Positions 27,338 to 38,459 of a stretch of DNA of 64,000 nucleotides are shown here, in pieces. The stretch comes from Defluviicoccus sp. (GTDB lineage: Bacteria > Pseudomonadota > Alphaproteobacteria > MPNO01): NCBI GenBank assembly GCA_022823775.1, contig JAJEHI010000010.1, positions 10,233 to 74,232 on the forward strand, in the 5' to 3' direction. A program made the position numbers and the translations under genes. Numbering within the stretch: position 1 is the stretch's first letter; each line of letters starts with the position of its first letter. The notes under the pieces are model-generated. The model did no database searches. It saw nothing but the letters and a program-made list of their open reading frames with translations, and was not told the origin of the DNA.

Positions 27338-28787
27338 CGACCGCTCCCGTGTTTTCCGCGGCCGCGGCGGCGGGCGCCTCCGCCAGGATGGCGGACAGGC
27401 GCTCGGGCAGGGCGTTGGCCCATGACGTGATGTTGCCGGCGCCGAGACAGACGACCATGTCGCCCGGCCCGGCGAGCCCGGCGATCAGCGGGGCAAGCGC
27501 GTCGGGCGATTCCAGCGTTCGCACGTCGCGGTGCCCGCGCGCCTGGAGTCCGGCGGCCAGCGCGTCGCGGTCCGCTCCCCGGATCGGTTCCTCGCCGGCC
27601 GGATAAACGTCCGCGACGATGACGGTGTCGGCGTCGTTGAAACAGGTACAGAACTCTTCGAACAGATTCGCGAGCCGGGAATATCGGTGAGGTTGGACCA
27701 CGGCTATGACATTGCCGCGACGGCTGGCCCGCGCGGCGCCGAGCACGGCCGCGATCTCGACGGGATGGTGGCCGTAATCGTCGACCACCGTTATCCCGGC
27801 GACCTCTCCGGTCGTGGTGAAGCGCCGCTTGACCCCGCCGAACGCCGCCAGCGCGCTGCGGATGGTCTCGTCCGCGATCTCCATTTCGATCGCGACCGCG
27901 ATCGCCGCGAGCGCGTTGAGAACGTTGTAGGTCCCCACCATGGGCAGCACGAGGCCGGGGATTGTCCGGTGGCGCCCGCTCGTCCTCTCCGCGACCTCGA
28001 CATCGAAACGCGAACCGTCCGGCGCGATTTCGATCGCGGTGGCCCGGATATCGGCTTGCGGGCTGACGCCATAGGTCACCAGGCGGCGGTCCGGGACATC
28101 GCCGATCAGCCCCTGCACCTCCGGGTGGTCGATGCAGAGCGCGGCGAAACCGTAGAACGGGATGTTCGCGACGAACGATTCGAACGCCCGGCGCAAATCG
28201 GCGAAGGAGCCGTAAAAGTCGAGATGCTCCGGATCGATATTGGTCACGACCGCGACGGTGGCGGGAAGCTTGACGAAGGACCCGTCCGATTCGTCGGCCT
28301 CGACGACGATCCATTCTCCCTCGCCGAGGCGGGCGTTGGTGCCGTAGGCGTTGATGATTCCGCCGTTGATGACGGTCGGATCGAGGTCGGCGGCTTCGAG
28401 CACGGCGGCGACGATGGATGTCGTCGTCGTCTTGCCGTGCGTCCCTCCGACCGCGATCGACCATTTGAGGCGCATGATCTCGGCAAGCATTTCGGCCCGG
28501 CGGACGACGGGGATCATCCGGGCGCGCGCTGCCGCGACTTCGGGATTGTCGGGGGCGATGGCCGAGCTCGCGACCACGACCGTCGCATCGCCGAGATTTC
28601 CCGCGTCGTGGCCGATCCGGATGTCGATCCCCAGCGACCGCAGCCTGAGCACGTTCGCGCTGTCGGCGACGTCGCTGCCCCGGATCCGGTATCCGAGATT
28701 GTGCAGAACCTCGGCGATGCCGCTCATGCCGATGCCGCCGATGCCGACGAAGTGGATCGTTCCCACCGAGAGCGGGAGGGTTCTCAT
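27330..28787 (-). CDS. murC: UDP-MurNAc-L-alanine ligase
   Basis: [37 protein letters not shown]. Confidence 0.97.
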   Translation of the reverse strand: MRTLPLSVGTIHFVGIGGIGMSGIAEVLHNLGYRIRGSDVADSANVLRLRSLGIDIRIGHDAGNLGDATVVVASSAIAPDNPEVAAARARMIPVVRRAEMLAEIMRLKWSIAVGGTHGKTTTTSIVAAVLEAADLDPTVINGGIINAYGTNARLGEGEWIVVEADESDGSFVKLPATVAVVTNIDPEHLDFYGSFADLRRAFESFVANIPFYGFAALCIDHPEVQGLIGDVPDRRLVTYGVSPQADIRATAIEIAPDGSRFDVEVAERTSGRHRTIPGLVLPMVGTYNVLNALAAIAVAIEMEIADETIRSALAAFGGVKRRFTTTGEVAGITVVDDYGHHPVEIAAVLGAARASRRGNVIAVVQPHRYSRLANLFEEFCTCFNDADTVIVADVYPAGEEPIRGADRDALAAGLQARGHRDVRTLESPDALAPLIAGLAGPGDMVVCLGAGNITSWANALPERLSAILAEAPAAAAAENTGAVGD

Positions 28788-29905
28788 GCCGCCCACCTGG
28801 GCGCCCCGCCATTGGCCCGGGCCAGCGCGTGCACCCGGTCGGCAAGGCGCGCGGCGGAATTGGGTATCGCCCAGCGAAGCGCCGCCTCGGAGGCGTCGGC
28901 GAGCATGCCGGGAGTCGTCAGCAGGGTCTCGATCCGGCCGGCCAGGGTCTCGGCCGCCAGATCCAACTCGCTCATCACCCAGGCGGCGCCGTAGCGCTCG
29001 ATCTCGCGCGCGTTGCGATGCTGATGCCCGCCCGCCGCGCGCAGATAGGGTATGAGAAGCGCGGGACGCCCGATCGTCGCGAGCTCGGCGATCGTCGATG
29101 CGCCGGCGCGCGATATCACCAGCGACGCATCGGCCATGCGCTCGGGCAGATCGGCGAAGAACGATCGGACGTCGGCGGGAACGTCGAGCCGACGATAGGC
29201 GGCGGTTACCCGTTCCACGTCCTCCGGCCGTGCCTGCTGGACGATGCGGAGACGGCTCCGCAGCCCGCCGTCGACCGCGGCGATCGCGGGAGGCACCAGA
29301 TCGGAGAGGATTCGCGCGCCCTGGCTACCGCCGACCACCAACAGGAAGATCGGGCCGTTGGCGGCCGCGGGATCGGGATAGGGGGCCCCGGCGAGGGCGG
29401 CGACCGCCTCGCGAACGGGGTTGCCGGTCCTGACGAGCTTGGGCAGATCCTCGACCCGGACGCCGTGGACTTCGTCGAACGCCGTGGCGATGGCGGATAC
29501 TCTCGGCGCTAGCGCCGCGTTCGCCCGCCCGAGCATGGCGTTCTGCTCGTGGATCATGCTGGGAATGCCCGCCCGGAGCGCGGCGAACATGGTGGGCAGG
29601 GTAGGATAGCCGCCGAAACCGACGGCGGCCCTCGGTTGTATCCGCGCGAGCAGCCGACGCGCCTGCAGCCACCCGTAGCACAGCGTCATCACACCGCGCG
29701 CGGTGCCGCGAATGCCGCCGCTCAACTGACGGGCGGCGATGCAATGGACGACGGCGCCGGCTCCCGCGTCGAACCCGGCGCCCCGGCCATCGGTGACGAT
29801 CGCCACGTTGTGACCGTGGCGTCCGAGCTCGAAGGCGAGCGCCGCGGCGGGGAACATGTGGCCTCCGGTTCCCCCGGCGGCCAGAACCACTGGACCCTCG
29901 TTCAT
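28784..29905 (-). CDS. murG: Lipid II GlcNAc transferase
   Basis: GGTGGH, GFGGY, HEQN, GNPVR, GGSQGA, RAGAST. Confidence 0.96.
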   Translation of the reverse strand: MNEGPVVLAAGGTGGHMFPAAALAFELGRHGHNVAIVTDGRGAGFDAGAGAVVHCIAARQLSGGIRGTARGVMTLCYGWLQARRLLARIQPRAAVGFGGYPTLPTMFAALRAGIPSMIHEQNAMLGRANAALAPRVSAIATAFDEVHGVRVEDLPKLVRTGNPVREAVAALAGAPYPDPAAANGPIFLLVVGGSQGARILSDLVPPAIAAVDGGLRSRLRIVQQARPEDVERVTAAYRRLDVPADVRSFFADLPERMADASLVISRAGASTIAELATIGRPALLIPYLRAAGGHQHRNAREIERYGAAWVMSELDLAAETLAGRIETLLTTPGMLADASEAALRWAIPNSAARLADRVHALARANGGAPRWAA

Positions 29906-31023
29906 GGCCGTTCGTCCCCGATACGCCGCCTGGTGAGGGCGAGCAGAAGACCCATCGCGAAAGCCACCGCGATCAATGACGATCCGCCATAGGAAATGAA
30001 GGGGAGCGTCATCCCCTTGGCCGGCAGAAGCCTGAGCGAGGAGCCCATGTGCACCACCGCCTGCAGGCCGAACTGGACCGCGAGCCCGGCGACGGCAACC
30101 ATCACGAAGAGATTGGTTTCGTGGAGCGCGTGCGAGAGTCCCCGCAGCACCACGAAGGCGAACAACCCCAGGATCAACAGGCAGGCGACGAGACCGAACT
30201 CCTCGCCCGCCACGGCGAAGATGAAGTCCGCGTGACCGTCCGGCAGCACGCTTTTGATCGTGCCCTGGCCGGGCCCGCGGCCGAGGAAACCGCCGTTCAT
30301 GAAGGCCTGAAGCGAGGTATCGACCTGGTAGTTGTCGCCCGAGCTGGGATCGAGGAAGCGGTTGACCCGGCTGGTCACGTGCGGAAGCCACGCATAGGCG
30401 GCGACCGCCACTCCCCCGGCGCCCGCGGTGAGCGCGACGGCCCAGGGCAGCGACAATCCGGCGACCAGGAGTTGCACGTACCAGGCGACGAGGATCACGC
30501 TCGCCATGCCGATGTCCGGTTGGAGGAAGAGGAGGCCGAGGACGAAAACGACCAGAGCCGCGGCCGTGAGCCCCATCCACGCGCTGCCGGTCTCGCGATA
30601 CCGCGCGAGCAGCCAGGCGACCACGACCGCGCAGGACGGCTTTACCAGCTCGGAGGGCTGGACCGAGACCGGACCGAGATCGATCCACCGTTGCGCGCCC
30701 TTGGTTTCGGCGCCGAGGAGGAGCGTTGCGACGACGCCCGCCACGGCGACCGCGAGGACCGCGGCGGAGAGCCAGCGGGTGGGGCCCAGTGACAGGAGGG
30801 AAACCCCCAGCAGGACCGCGACGGCCAACGGCAGATAGACGATGTGGCGCCAGACGAGGTGATACGGATCGAGTTGGAGGCGTTCGGCCACCGGCGGGCT
30901 CGCCGCGAGCACGAGAAGCACTCCGATCGCGAGCAGCAAAGAGAGAGCCGTCACGGTCCAGCGGTCCACGGTCCACCACCAGCGGCCGAGAACGGATGTG
31001 TCGTTTCGGGCGAACACCGTCAT
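29902..31023 (-). CDS. ftsW: SEDS peptidoglycan polymerase FtsW
   Basis: GAQRW, QPSEL, QPDIG, DFIFAVAGEEFG, PFISYGGSS. Confidence 0.95.
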   Translation of the reverse strand: MTVFARNDTSVLGRWWWTVDRWTVTALSLLLAIGVLLVLAASPPVAERLQLDPYHLVWRHIVYLPLAVAVLLGVSLLSLGPTRWLSAAVLAVAVAGVVATLLLGAETKGAQRWIDLGPVSVQPSELVKPSCAVVVAWLLARYRETGSAWMGLTAAALVVFVLGLLFLQPDIGMASVILVAWYVQLLVAGLSLPWAVALTAGAGGVAVAAYAWLPHVTSRVNRFLDPSSGDNYQVDTSLQAFMNGGFLGRGPGQGTIKSVLPDGHADFIFAVAGEEFGLVACLLILGLFAFVVLRGLSHALHETNLFVMVAVAGLAVQFGLQAVVHMGSSLRLLPAKGMTLPFISYGGSSLIAVAFAMGLLLALTRRRIGDERP

Positions 31024-32393
31024 TGCGCGCGTTCCCCCAGCGCCTCGGCGGCGGAGCGGAACGCGTCGCCGCGCGCGGCGAAGGACGGCCACTGGTCGAA
31101 GGAAGCGCAGGCTGGCGAGAGCAGGACGGTGGCCCCGGCGGTCCGCTCTTGTTGTGCGTCGCGATGCGCGGCTTCGAGCGCGCGCGCGAGCTCGCCGCAA
31201 CGCTCGACCGGCACACGGCCGCCGATCTCTTCAGCGAACGCCTCCTCGGCCTCGCCGATCAGATAGGCCCGGCGGACGCGACGCAGTTCGGGCAGAACCG
31301 CCTCGAGCCCGTCCGCCTTGGGCCGCCCGCCCGCGATCCAGTAGATCACGGGGTAGCACACCAGGGCGTTGCGGGCCGCTTCTCCGTTGGTGGCCTTGGA
31401 ATCGTTGACATAGCGGACCCCGTCGATGACGGCGACGGTCTCCTGGCGGTGCGGCAGGCCGGGATAGGTTGCGAGCGCGGCGGCGGCTTCCGCACGGGAA
31501 AGCCCCAGCGAGCGGGCCGCCGCGAAGGCGGCGGCGGCGTTCTGGTGGTTGTGGGCGCCGGGCAGGGTATCGATGCCGGAGAGATCGGCGACCGGGGTAT
31601 CGTGCTCGTGAAGCGTGCCGCCAAGGACGGAGACGCCGCCGTCGACGGGGCGCCCCACGGCAACGGGCACGAGGCTCCAGCCGGCGCGCGCCTCCAGCTC
31701 GGCGAGCACGGCGCGGCTTGCCGCGTCGCCGGTCCCGACGATCGCGACCTGCCCCCCTCGCGGCCTGTCGCGGAAGATCCGCCGTTTCGCCGCGACATAG
31801 CCCGCCAGATCGCCGTGCCGGTCGAGATGGTCGGGGCTGATGTTGAGGAGAACGGCGGTGTCGAAGCGCATCCGGTCGATCAGGTCGAGCTGGTAGGACG
31901 AGCATTCGATCACGTAGATGCCTTCCTTCCCCAAAGCGGGAAGCGAAAGGGCGGGCGGACCGAGATTTCCGCCGACCGCGACCGTGCGGCCGGCTTCGGC
32001 GAGCAGGTGCCCGAGCAGCGCGGTGGTGGTCGATTTTCCATTGGTTCCGGTGACGCCGACCATTCGCGCGTCGGGCGCCGCCTCGCCCAGCAGTTCGATA
32101 TCGCCGATGACCGGGCAGCCGGCCCGCCGGGCGCCGCGGACCACGGGATGCGGCTCGGGATGGGTCAGCGGAACGCCCGGGCTCAGCACCAGCGCGTCGA
32201 GACCGGGCCACTCCCAGGCCGCCGGTTCGCGCAAGTCGATTCCGGCCGCCGCCGCGGCCTGGCGCGAAGCCGCCTCGTCGTCCCACGCCACCACCGCCGC
32301 GCCGCTGTCCCTGAGAGCGCCCGCCGCGGCCAGCCCGGAGCTGCCGAGGCCGAAGAGGGCGAGAGTCCGATCGCTGCGCGTGGGTATTCGCAT
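31020..32393 (-). CDS. murD: UDP-MurNAc-L-Ala-D-Glu ligase
   Basis: GLGSSG, GTNGKSTT, ECSSYQL, NDSKATN, LSPACASFDQW. Confidence 0.96.
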   Translation of the reverse strand: MRIPTRSDRTLALFGLGSSGLAAAGALRDSGAAVVAWDDEAASRQAAAAAGIDLREPAAWEWPGLDALVLSPGVPLTHPEPHPVVRGARRAGCPVIGDIELLGEAAPDARMVGVTGTNGKSTTTALLGHLLAEAGRTVAVGGNLGPPALSLPALGKEGIYVIECSSYQLDLIDRMRFDTAVLLNISPDHLDRHGDLAGYVAAKRRIFRDRPRGGQVAIVGTGDAASRAVLAELEARAGWSLVPVAVGRPVDGGVSVLGGTLHEHDTPVADLSGIDTLPGAHNHQNAAAAFAAARSLGLSRAEAAAALATYPGLPHRQETVAVIDGVRYVNDSKATNGEAARNALVCYPVIYWIAGGRPKADGLEAVLPELRRVRRAYLIGEAEEAFAEEIGGRVPVERCGELARALEAAHRDAQQERTAGATVLLSPACASFDQWPSFAARGDAFRSAAEALGERAQ

Positions 32394-32397
32394 CGGA

Positions 32398-33486
32398 TCA
32401 GCGCAGCTTGAGGGTGGACAGCCCGGCCAGCGCGAGCACCGCCGCGATGATCCAGAACCGTATGACGACGGTCGATTCCGCCCAGCCTTTTTGTTCGAAA
32501 TGGTGGTGCAGCGGCGCCATGCGGAAGATCCGGCGCCCGGTTAGCTTGAACGAGACCACCTGGACGATGACCGACACCGCTTCGAGCACGAACAGCCCGC
32601 CGATAATGACGAGCACGAGCTCATGCTTGGTGATCAGGCTTACCGCGGCGAGCGCGCCGCCCACGGAAAGCGCCCCGGTATCGCCCATGAACACCATCGC
32701 GGGCGGCGCGTTGAACCACAGGAAACCGAGCCCCGCGCCGACCAGCGCGCCGCAGAACACCGCGAGCTCGCCGGCGCCCCGCACGTAATGGATTTGCAGA
32801 TAGTTGGAGAACACCGCATTGCCGACGAGATAGGCGATCATCGCGAAGCACGCCGCGGCGATCAGCGCCGGCATGATCGCGAGACCGTCGAGACCGTCGG
32901 TGAGATTGACGGCGTTGGACGTTCCGATCAGCACCAGCACCGCCCAGGGGAGGAAGAACCAGCCGAGCGGAACCAGCACCTCCTTGAGGAACGGCACGGT
33001 GAGCCCCATCGAGAGCGGCCCCGCCGTGGCCTGGGTCATCCAGTACGCGGCGGCCGTCCCGACCGCGATCTGGGCGAGCAGCTTCATGCGCGCGGACATT
33101 CCGCCGCTCGACCGCCGCCTCACCTTGAGGTAATCGTCGACGAAGCCGATCGCTCCGAAGCACAGGGTCACGAACAGCGCGATCCACACATACTGGTTGG
33201 CGAGATCGGCCCACAGCAGCGTCGCGATCAGTATCGTCGACAGGATCAGCACGCCGCCCATCGTCGGCGTGCCTTTCTTGGTCAGAAGGTGCGACGGAGG
33301 TCCGTCCTCGCGTATCGGCTGGCCCTCGCCCTGTTGCAGCTTGAGCCAGCGGATGAGGGAAGGACCCAGGATCAGTGACAGGGCCAGCGCGGTGACGGCG
33401 GCGCCCCCGGTCCTGAGCGTGATGTAGCGGACCAGGTTGAGAAGACCGCCGTCGTCGGCGAAGGGAAGGAGCGCGTTGTACAGCAT
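32398..33486 (-). CDS. mraY: Phospho-MurNAc-pentapeptide transferase
   Basis: [36 protein letters not shown]. Confidence 0.97.
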   Translation of the reverse strand: MLYNALLPFADDGGLLNLVRYITLRTGGAAVTALALSLILGPSLIRWLKLQQGEGQPIREDGPPSHLLTKKGTPTMGGVLILSTILIATLLWADLANQYVWIALFVTLCFGAIGFVDDYLKVRRRSSGGMSARMKLLAQIAVGTAAAYWMTQATAGPLSMGLTVPFLKEVLVPLGWFFLPWAVLVLIGTSNAVNLTDGLDGLAIMPALIAAACFAMIAYLVGNAVFSNYLQIHYVRGAGELAVFCGALVGAGLGFLWFNAPPAMVFMGDTGALSVGGALAAVSLITKHELVLVIIGGLFVLEAVSVIVQVVSFKLTGRRIFRMAPLHHHFEQKGWAESTVVIRFWIIAAVLALAGLSTLKLR

Positions 33487-33501
33487 GACCGGCGGCGCCC
33501 C

Positions 33502-34923
33502 TCAGTTTCCCGCGGTCACGGGTTGAAGCGCGTCGGCGGCATGCAGCAGCCGTGCGACCACGACATCCATCCGGCTCGCGTTCGAGCCCTTGACCATCAC
33601 CACGTCGCCCGGACCGACCGTCTCGGCGGCCGTGTCGGCGAGCGCCTCGCCGGTCTCCGCCGTCGCGCCCCGCATGCCTGCCGGCAGCCGGCTCAGCACC
33701 GCCCGCATGTCGCCCGCCGCCATGACGGTGTCGATGCCGTTTTCCACCAGCGGGTCGGCAAGGCCCTCGTGAAACGCGGCGGATTCGCGCCCGAGCTCGC
33801 GCATCGGGCCGAGGATGGCGATCCTGCGGCCGGCGCCGCGGGGCGGCACCCTGCCCAGGGTCTCGATCGCCGCCCGCATGGAGGCCGGGTTTGCGTTGTA
33901 GCTCTCGTCGATCAGCGTGAACGTGCCGCCGGCGCAGGCGACGCTGTGCGGCTGGCCGCGTCCCGGCAGCGGCGCGAGGGTTCTGAGGCTGGCGGCGGCG
34001 TCCCCGGCATCCGCCCCGAGAGCGTCCACCGCGGCAAGGACGGCAAGCGAATTGAGCACCCAGTGCCGGCCCGGGAGCCCCACGCGGTATGAGATCCTCC
34101 GCCCGTGGATGTCGGCGGCGACATCGCTGCCTTCCTCGTCGAGCGAAACCTCGCGGGCGGTGACGTCGGCGTCGGAAAGACCGAACGAAACGGTTCGAAG
34201 GTCCGGCCGGCGGGCCGCCGAGGCGCGCAGACGATCGAAGAATCCGTTGTCGCGGTTGAGCACCGCGGCCCCGTTCGGCTCGATGCCCTCGAAAATCTCG
34301 GCTTTCGCGTCGGCGAGGGCCTCCATGGAGGGAAAGAATGCGATATGGGCGGCCTCGACATTGGTGATGACCGCGACATGGGGCCGGATGAGGCGGGAGA
34401 GCGGCGCGATTTCGCCGGCGCGATTCATGCCGACCTCGAACGCGCCGAAGGCGGAGCGGGCCGGCATGCGCGCGAGCGAGAGGGGAACTCCCCAGAGGTT
34501 GTTGTAGCTGGCCGCGCTGGCGGAAATTGCGCCCTGTCCGGCCAGCGCGTGGCGCAGCGCTTCCTTGGTGCCGGTCTTGCCGGCGCTGCCGGTGACCGCC
34601 ACGACGCGGGCCGTGCCGCGGTTCCGCCCTTCGCGGCCGAGCGCGGTGAGCGCGGCGAGGGTGTCGTCGACCAGCAGCAGCGGCCCGTCCGGGCCGACGC
34701 CGGCGGGCCGGCGATGGACGACGGCGGCCACCGCGCCCGCGGAGAAAGCGGCGCCGACGTAATCGTGGCCGTCGTGCTCCGGACCCTTTATGGCGACGAA
34801 CAGGTCGCCGGGCGCGGCGGTCCGGCTGTCGATCGACACGCCCTCCGCCGCCCAGTCGCGGGTAGCGCTGCCGCCAGCGACCCCGGCCGCTTCCGCGGCT
34901 GTCCAGAGGGGGATTCCGCTCAC
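33502..34923 (-). CDS. murF: UDP-MurNAc-tripeptide-D-Ala-D-Ala ligase
   Basis: IDSR, TGSAGKTGTK, ESYNANPASM, VKGS. Confidence 0.95.
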   Translation of the reverse strand: MSGIPLWTAAEAAGVAGGSATRDWAAEGVSIDSRTAAPGDLFVAIKGPEHDGHDYVGAAFSAGAVAAVVHRRPAGVGPDGPLLLVDDTLAALTALGREGRNRGTARVVAVTGSAGKTGTKEALRHALAGQGAISASAASYNNLWGVPLSLARMPARSAFGAFEVGMNRAGEIAPLSRLIRPHVAVITNVEAAHIAFFPSMEALADAKAEIFEGIEPNGAAVLNRDNGFFDRLRASAARRPDLRTVSFGLSDADVTAREVSLDEEGSDVAADIHGRRISYRVGLPGRHWVLNSLAVLAAVDALGADAGDAAASLRTLAPLPGRGQPHSVACAGGTFTLIDESYNANPASMRAAIETLGRVPPRGAGRRIAILGPMRELGRESAAFHEGLADPLVENGIDTVMAAGDMRAVLSRLPAGMRGATAETGEALADTAAETVGPGDVVMVKGSNASRMDVVVARLLHAADALQPVTAGN

Positions 34924-36389
34924 GCTCCGACTCCCCCAAGCGCCCGCACCGCCTCGCGCGCCGTCTCGGCATCGTCGAAGGGGCGCGCGATACCGCCCGC
35001 GACCTGCGAGGTCTCGTGGCCCTTGCCCGCGATGACCAGCACGTCGTCCGCCGCCAGCCCGGCGATGGCGGCGCGGATCGCCTCGCCCCGATCGCCGATC
35101 TCGATGGCGTTCGGACAGCCGGCGAGGACTTCGCGCCGGATCGCATCGGGGTCTTCGCCGCGCGGGTTGTCGTCGGTCACGACCGTCCGGTCGGCAAACC
35201 GGGCGGCCGCTTCGCCCATCAGCCGCCGTTTGCCGGAATCGCGGTCGCCGCCGCAGCCGAACACAACGACGAGCGCCCCCGCGGTGTGCGGCCTCAGCGC
35301 CTGCAACGCGTGGACCAGAGCTACCGGGGTGTGGGCGTAGTCGACGAAGATCGCGGCCCCTGTCGGGCTGCGGCCCACCGGCTGCATTCGCCCGGGCGGC
35401 GCTTCGAGCGTGCCGAGGGCGTCGATGGCGGCATACGGATCGTCCCCTCCGCCGATGACGAGACCGGCGGCGCAGAGCGCGTTGGCGATCTGGAACTCTC
35501 CGATGAGCCCGAAACGCTGCCGTCGGGTTTGGCCGAACGCGACGAGCTCGGCGACCTGACCGTCCGCGTCGGGCTCGACCGAGACCAGGCGCAGCTCCCG
35601 GGCGTTGCGGCCGTAGTCGATAATCGGGCAGCCGCGCGCCCCGCAGGCCGCTTCGAAGATTCCGTATTCGGGGCTGTCGGCGTTCAGCACGGCGGTGCCG
35701 CCGGGCGGGAGCAGCTCGTCGAACAGTCTCAGCTTGGCTGCGCGATAGGCGTCGAACGAAACGTGGTAGTCGAGATGATCGCGGGACAGGTTGGTGAAGC
35801 CGGCGGCGGCAAGCCGGAGACCGTCGAGGCGGGACTGCGCTAGCCCGTGGCTGGAGGCTTCGAGCGCCGCGCGTTCGACCCCTCCCCTGGCGAGCGCGTC
35901 GAGCTCGCGGTGCAGCGAGACGGGGTCGGGCGTCGTCAGCGCGCCGGCGCGGGTGCCCGACGGTTCCACGACGCCGAGCGTCCCGACCGCGGCCGCCCGC
36001 AATCCGATGGCGCCCCAGATCTGCCGGGCGAAGACGACCGCGGAGGTCTTGCCGTTGGTGCCGGTAACCGCGACGCAGACGTCGGGCCGGGAGGGGTAGA
36101 AGCGCGCGCAGATCTTCGCGAAGCGGTGACGCGGATCGGCGTCCACGACGACCCGCACCCGGCCCTCGGCGGCGCCGATATCGGTCGCCTCCGGCACGAG
36201 GACCGCGGCCGCGCCGCGCGCGACCGCGTCGTCGACGAAATACCGGCCGTCCGTCGCCAGGCCGGGCAGCGCGGCGAACAGGAATCCGGGCCGGACTTCC
36301 CGCGAGTCGCCGGTGACGCCCGTGATCTCGACATCGCCCGCCTGCGGCGAGCCGGGCATGTCGGGGCCGAGAAGGTCAACGAGACGCAA
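34920..36389 (-). CDS. murE: UDP-MurNAc-dipeptide-mDAP ligase
   Basis: TGTNGKT, LTTP, EASSH, DYAHTP, DNPR (DAP-type), AGKGHE. Confidence 0.96.
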   Translation of the reverse strand: MRLVDLLGPDMPGSPQAGDVEITGVTGDSREVRPGFLFAALPGLATDGRYFVDDAVARGAAAVLVPEATDIGAAEGRVRVVVDADPRHRFAKICARFYPSRPDVCVAVTGTNGKTSAVVFARQIWGAIGLRAAAVGTLGVVEPSGTRAGALTTPDPVSLHRELDALARGGVERAALEASSHGLAQSRLDGLRLAAAGFTNLSRDHLDYHVSFDAYRAAKLRLFDELLPPGGTAVLNADSPEYGIFEAACGARGCPIIDYGRNARELRLVSVEPDADGQVAELVAFGQTRRQRFGLIGEFQIANALCAAGLVIGGGDDPYAAIDALGTLEAPPGRMQPVGRSPTGAAIFVDYAHTPVALVHALQALRPHTAGALVVVFGCGGDRDSGKRRLMGEAAARFADRTVVTDDNPRGEDPDAIRREVLAGCPNAIEIGDRGEAIRAAIAGLAADDVLVIAGKGHETSQVAGGIARPFDDAETAREAVRALGGVGA

Positions 36390-38094
36390 GCCTCCGGCTC
36401 CCTTGCTGGGCCTTCACCACTTCGAGCCGCAGACGCCGTTCGATCTGCAGCGACTCTTCGTCGACGGGCCGGACGCCGAGCAGCGGGCCGATGCGGGCGA
36501 CGGTCTTCCCGACCACCGGCGCCGCGACCCAACCGCCGGTGGCGTAGCCGTGGGTGTCGCGGGTGCCGCGCGGCTGGTCGAGCAGCGCGAGCACGACGTA
36601 GCGCGGCCGGTGCATCGGGAACGCCGCGACGAAGGAGGACAGCAGGCGCTTCTTCCTGTAGCCGCCCCTCCCCGCCTGTTCGGCGGTGCCCGTCTTGCCG
36701 CCGACCAGGTAGCCGGCGGCCGCGGCCTTGGAACCGGTTCCCTCGACCACGACAAGCCGCATCAGCCGACGCATCTTGTCCGACGTGGCGCGGGACAGCA
36801 CCCGCTTGCCCTCGGGGCGCGCCCGCGACTCGCGCTTGAGCAGGGTCGGTGCGTGAAGCGTTCCGCCGTTCACGACCGCCGCGACGGCGCTCGTCAGATG
36901 GAGCGGGGAGACGGCGACGCCGTGACCGAAGGACACCGTCATCGTGTTGATCGGGCGCCAGCGGCGGGGATACAGGGGCCGTCCGTTCTCGCTGATCTCG
37001 ATCGGCGTCTTCCGGAACATTCCGAGATCGGCGAGGAAATGCCGCATCCGTTTGCCGCCGACCGCCAGACCCAGCTTGGCCGCGCCGATGTTGGACGAGT
37101 AGATGAAGACCTCGGGAACCGTCAGCACGCGCGCCTTGGCGTGGAAATCGCGGATCGTGAACCTGGATATGCGGATGGGCCGGGTCGCGTCGATCCGGTC
37201 GGAAAGAGTTACGGCGCCGGCATCCAGCGCCAGCGCGGTGCTCAGGATCTTGAAGGTCGAGCCCATCTCGTAAATGCCGAGCGTCGCCCGGTTGAAGCGA
37301 AGCTCGGCCTCCGCGGAGTTCGCGCGGTTGGGATCGAAGTCGGGCAACGACACCATCGCGAGCAGCTCGCCGTTCTCGGTGTCGAGCACGATGCCGGCCG
37401 CGCCGACGGCGCTGTGCTCGGTCATCGCCCTGAAGAGCTCGTTTCTCAGCACGTGTTGGACGCGAATGTCGATGCTGAGCGAAAGCGCGCCGCTGCCTTC
37501 GCGGAGCTTGGTGTCGAATTGCCGCTCGATCCCGGCCAACCCCCGCCCGTCGGGGTCGGAAAACCCGACCGCGTGCGCCGCGAGCCTTCCCATCGGGTAG
37601 ACCCGGCGCTGGTCCGGCTCCAGCACGAGGCCGGGGATTCCCAGGCGGAGGATGGCGTATTGCTCGTCGGGGGTCAGATGCCGGCGCAGCGAGACATACC
37701 GCTTGGGAACGCGCAGACGTTCGGCGAACCTCTCGCGGTCGAGGTCGGGCAGGACTGTCGCCAGCGCCCTTACGGTCGCGTCGGGGTCGGCGATCCACGC
37801 CGTATTGGCGTAGAGCGCGGCGGTTCCGAGGCTGACCGCCAGGACGACGCCGTTGCGGTCGACGATCTCGGTTTTCGCGGCCGCGCCGCGCGCGATCTGG
37901 CTCGGCGGCGGGTCTCTGGGCTCGACGCCCGCCTGGAGCACCGTGACATCGAACAGCCGGATGCCGATCGCGACGAAGGCGGCGGACAAAACGGCGCCGG
38001 TGAGGAGAAGCCGCCCGCGGCCGACTTCGAGCGCCCGCTTGCGGTCTCCGTCGATCCGCATATTGACGCCCTCGTAGCGTCCCCGTTCGGTCAT
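36376..38094 (-). CDS. ftsI: Penicillin-binding protein 3 (FtsI)
   Basis: STFK (SxxK), SSN (SxN), KTG motifs; follows ftsL. Confidence 0.94.
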   Translation of the reverse strand: MTERGRYEGVNMRIDGDRKRALEVGRGRLLLTGAVLSAAFVAIGIRLFDVTVLQAGVEPRDPPPSQIARGAAAKTEIVDRNGVVLAVSLGTAALYANTAWIADPDATVRALATVLPDLDRERFAERLRVPKRYVSLRRHLTPDEQYAILRLGIPGLVLEPDQRRVYPMGRLAAHAVGFSDPDGRGLAGIERQFDTKLREGSGALSLSIDIRVQHVLRNELFRAMTEHSAVGAAGIVLDTENGELLAMVSLPDFDPNRANSAEAELRFNRATLGIYEMGSTFKILSTALALDAGAVTLSDRIDATRPIRISRFTIRDFHAKARVLTVPEVFIYSSNIGAAKLGLAVGGKRMRHFLADLGMFRKTPIEISENGRPLYPRRWRPINTMTVSFGHGVAVSPLHLTSAVAAVVNGGTLHAPTLLKRESRARPEGKRVLSRATSDKMRRLMRLVVVEGTGSKAAAAGYLVGGKTGTAEQAGRGGYRKKRLLSSFVAAFPMHRPRYVVLALLDQPRGTRDTHGYATGGWVAAPVVGKTVARIGPLLGVRPVDEESLQIERRLRLEVVKAQQGSRRLASR

Positions 38095-38459
38095 CGCTCA
38101 TCCCTCCCGGAGCTCGCGGAGATTTCCAGCGGGTCCCGCGGAGGAGGAGGCCAGTCCGGTTCCATGACCACGCCCCCCGGACGCGCGGCGAAGGGCAGAT
38201 CGGACACCCGCATCGTCTGCTCCGCCGCCGGGACGCGCAGGTCGAGATGCCGGCGAGCCAGATCTTCCAGCCGTTCGGGCCGGTTGAGGTAACTCCATTC
38301 CGCGCGGAGGACGTGCAGCGCCTCCTGCTCGCGCGCGATGTCGCGGTGGATGCCGGCGAGCCGGTCCTCGAGGTCGTGAACTTCGGTCCCGATGACGATG
38401 GAAGCCGCGCCCATCGCCACGGCGAGGACGGCGAGCAGTACGGTCGAGCCTTTCCTCAT
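38091..38459 (-). CDS. ftsL: Cell division protein FtsL
   Basis: TM plus coiled coil, LRAEWSYLNRPERL; between rsmH and ftsI. Confidence 0.88.
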   Translation of the reverse strand: MRKGSTVLLAVLAVAMGAASIVIGTEVHDLEDRLAGIHRDIAREQEALHVLRAEWSYLNRPERLEDLARRHLDLRVPAAEQTMRVSDLPFAARPGGVVMEPDWPPPPRDPLEISASSGRDER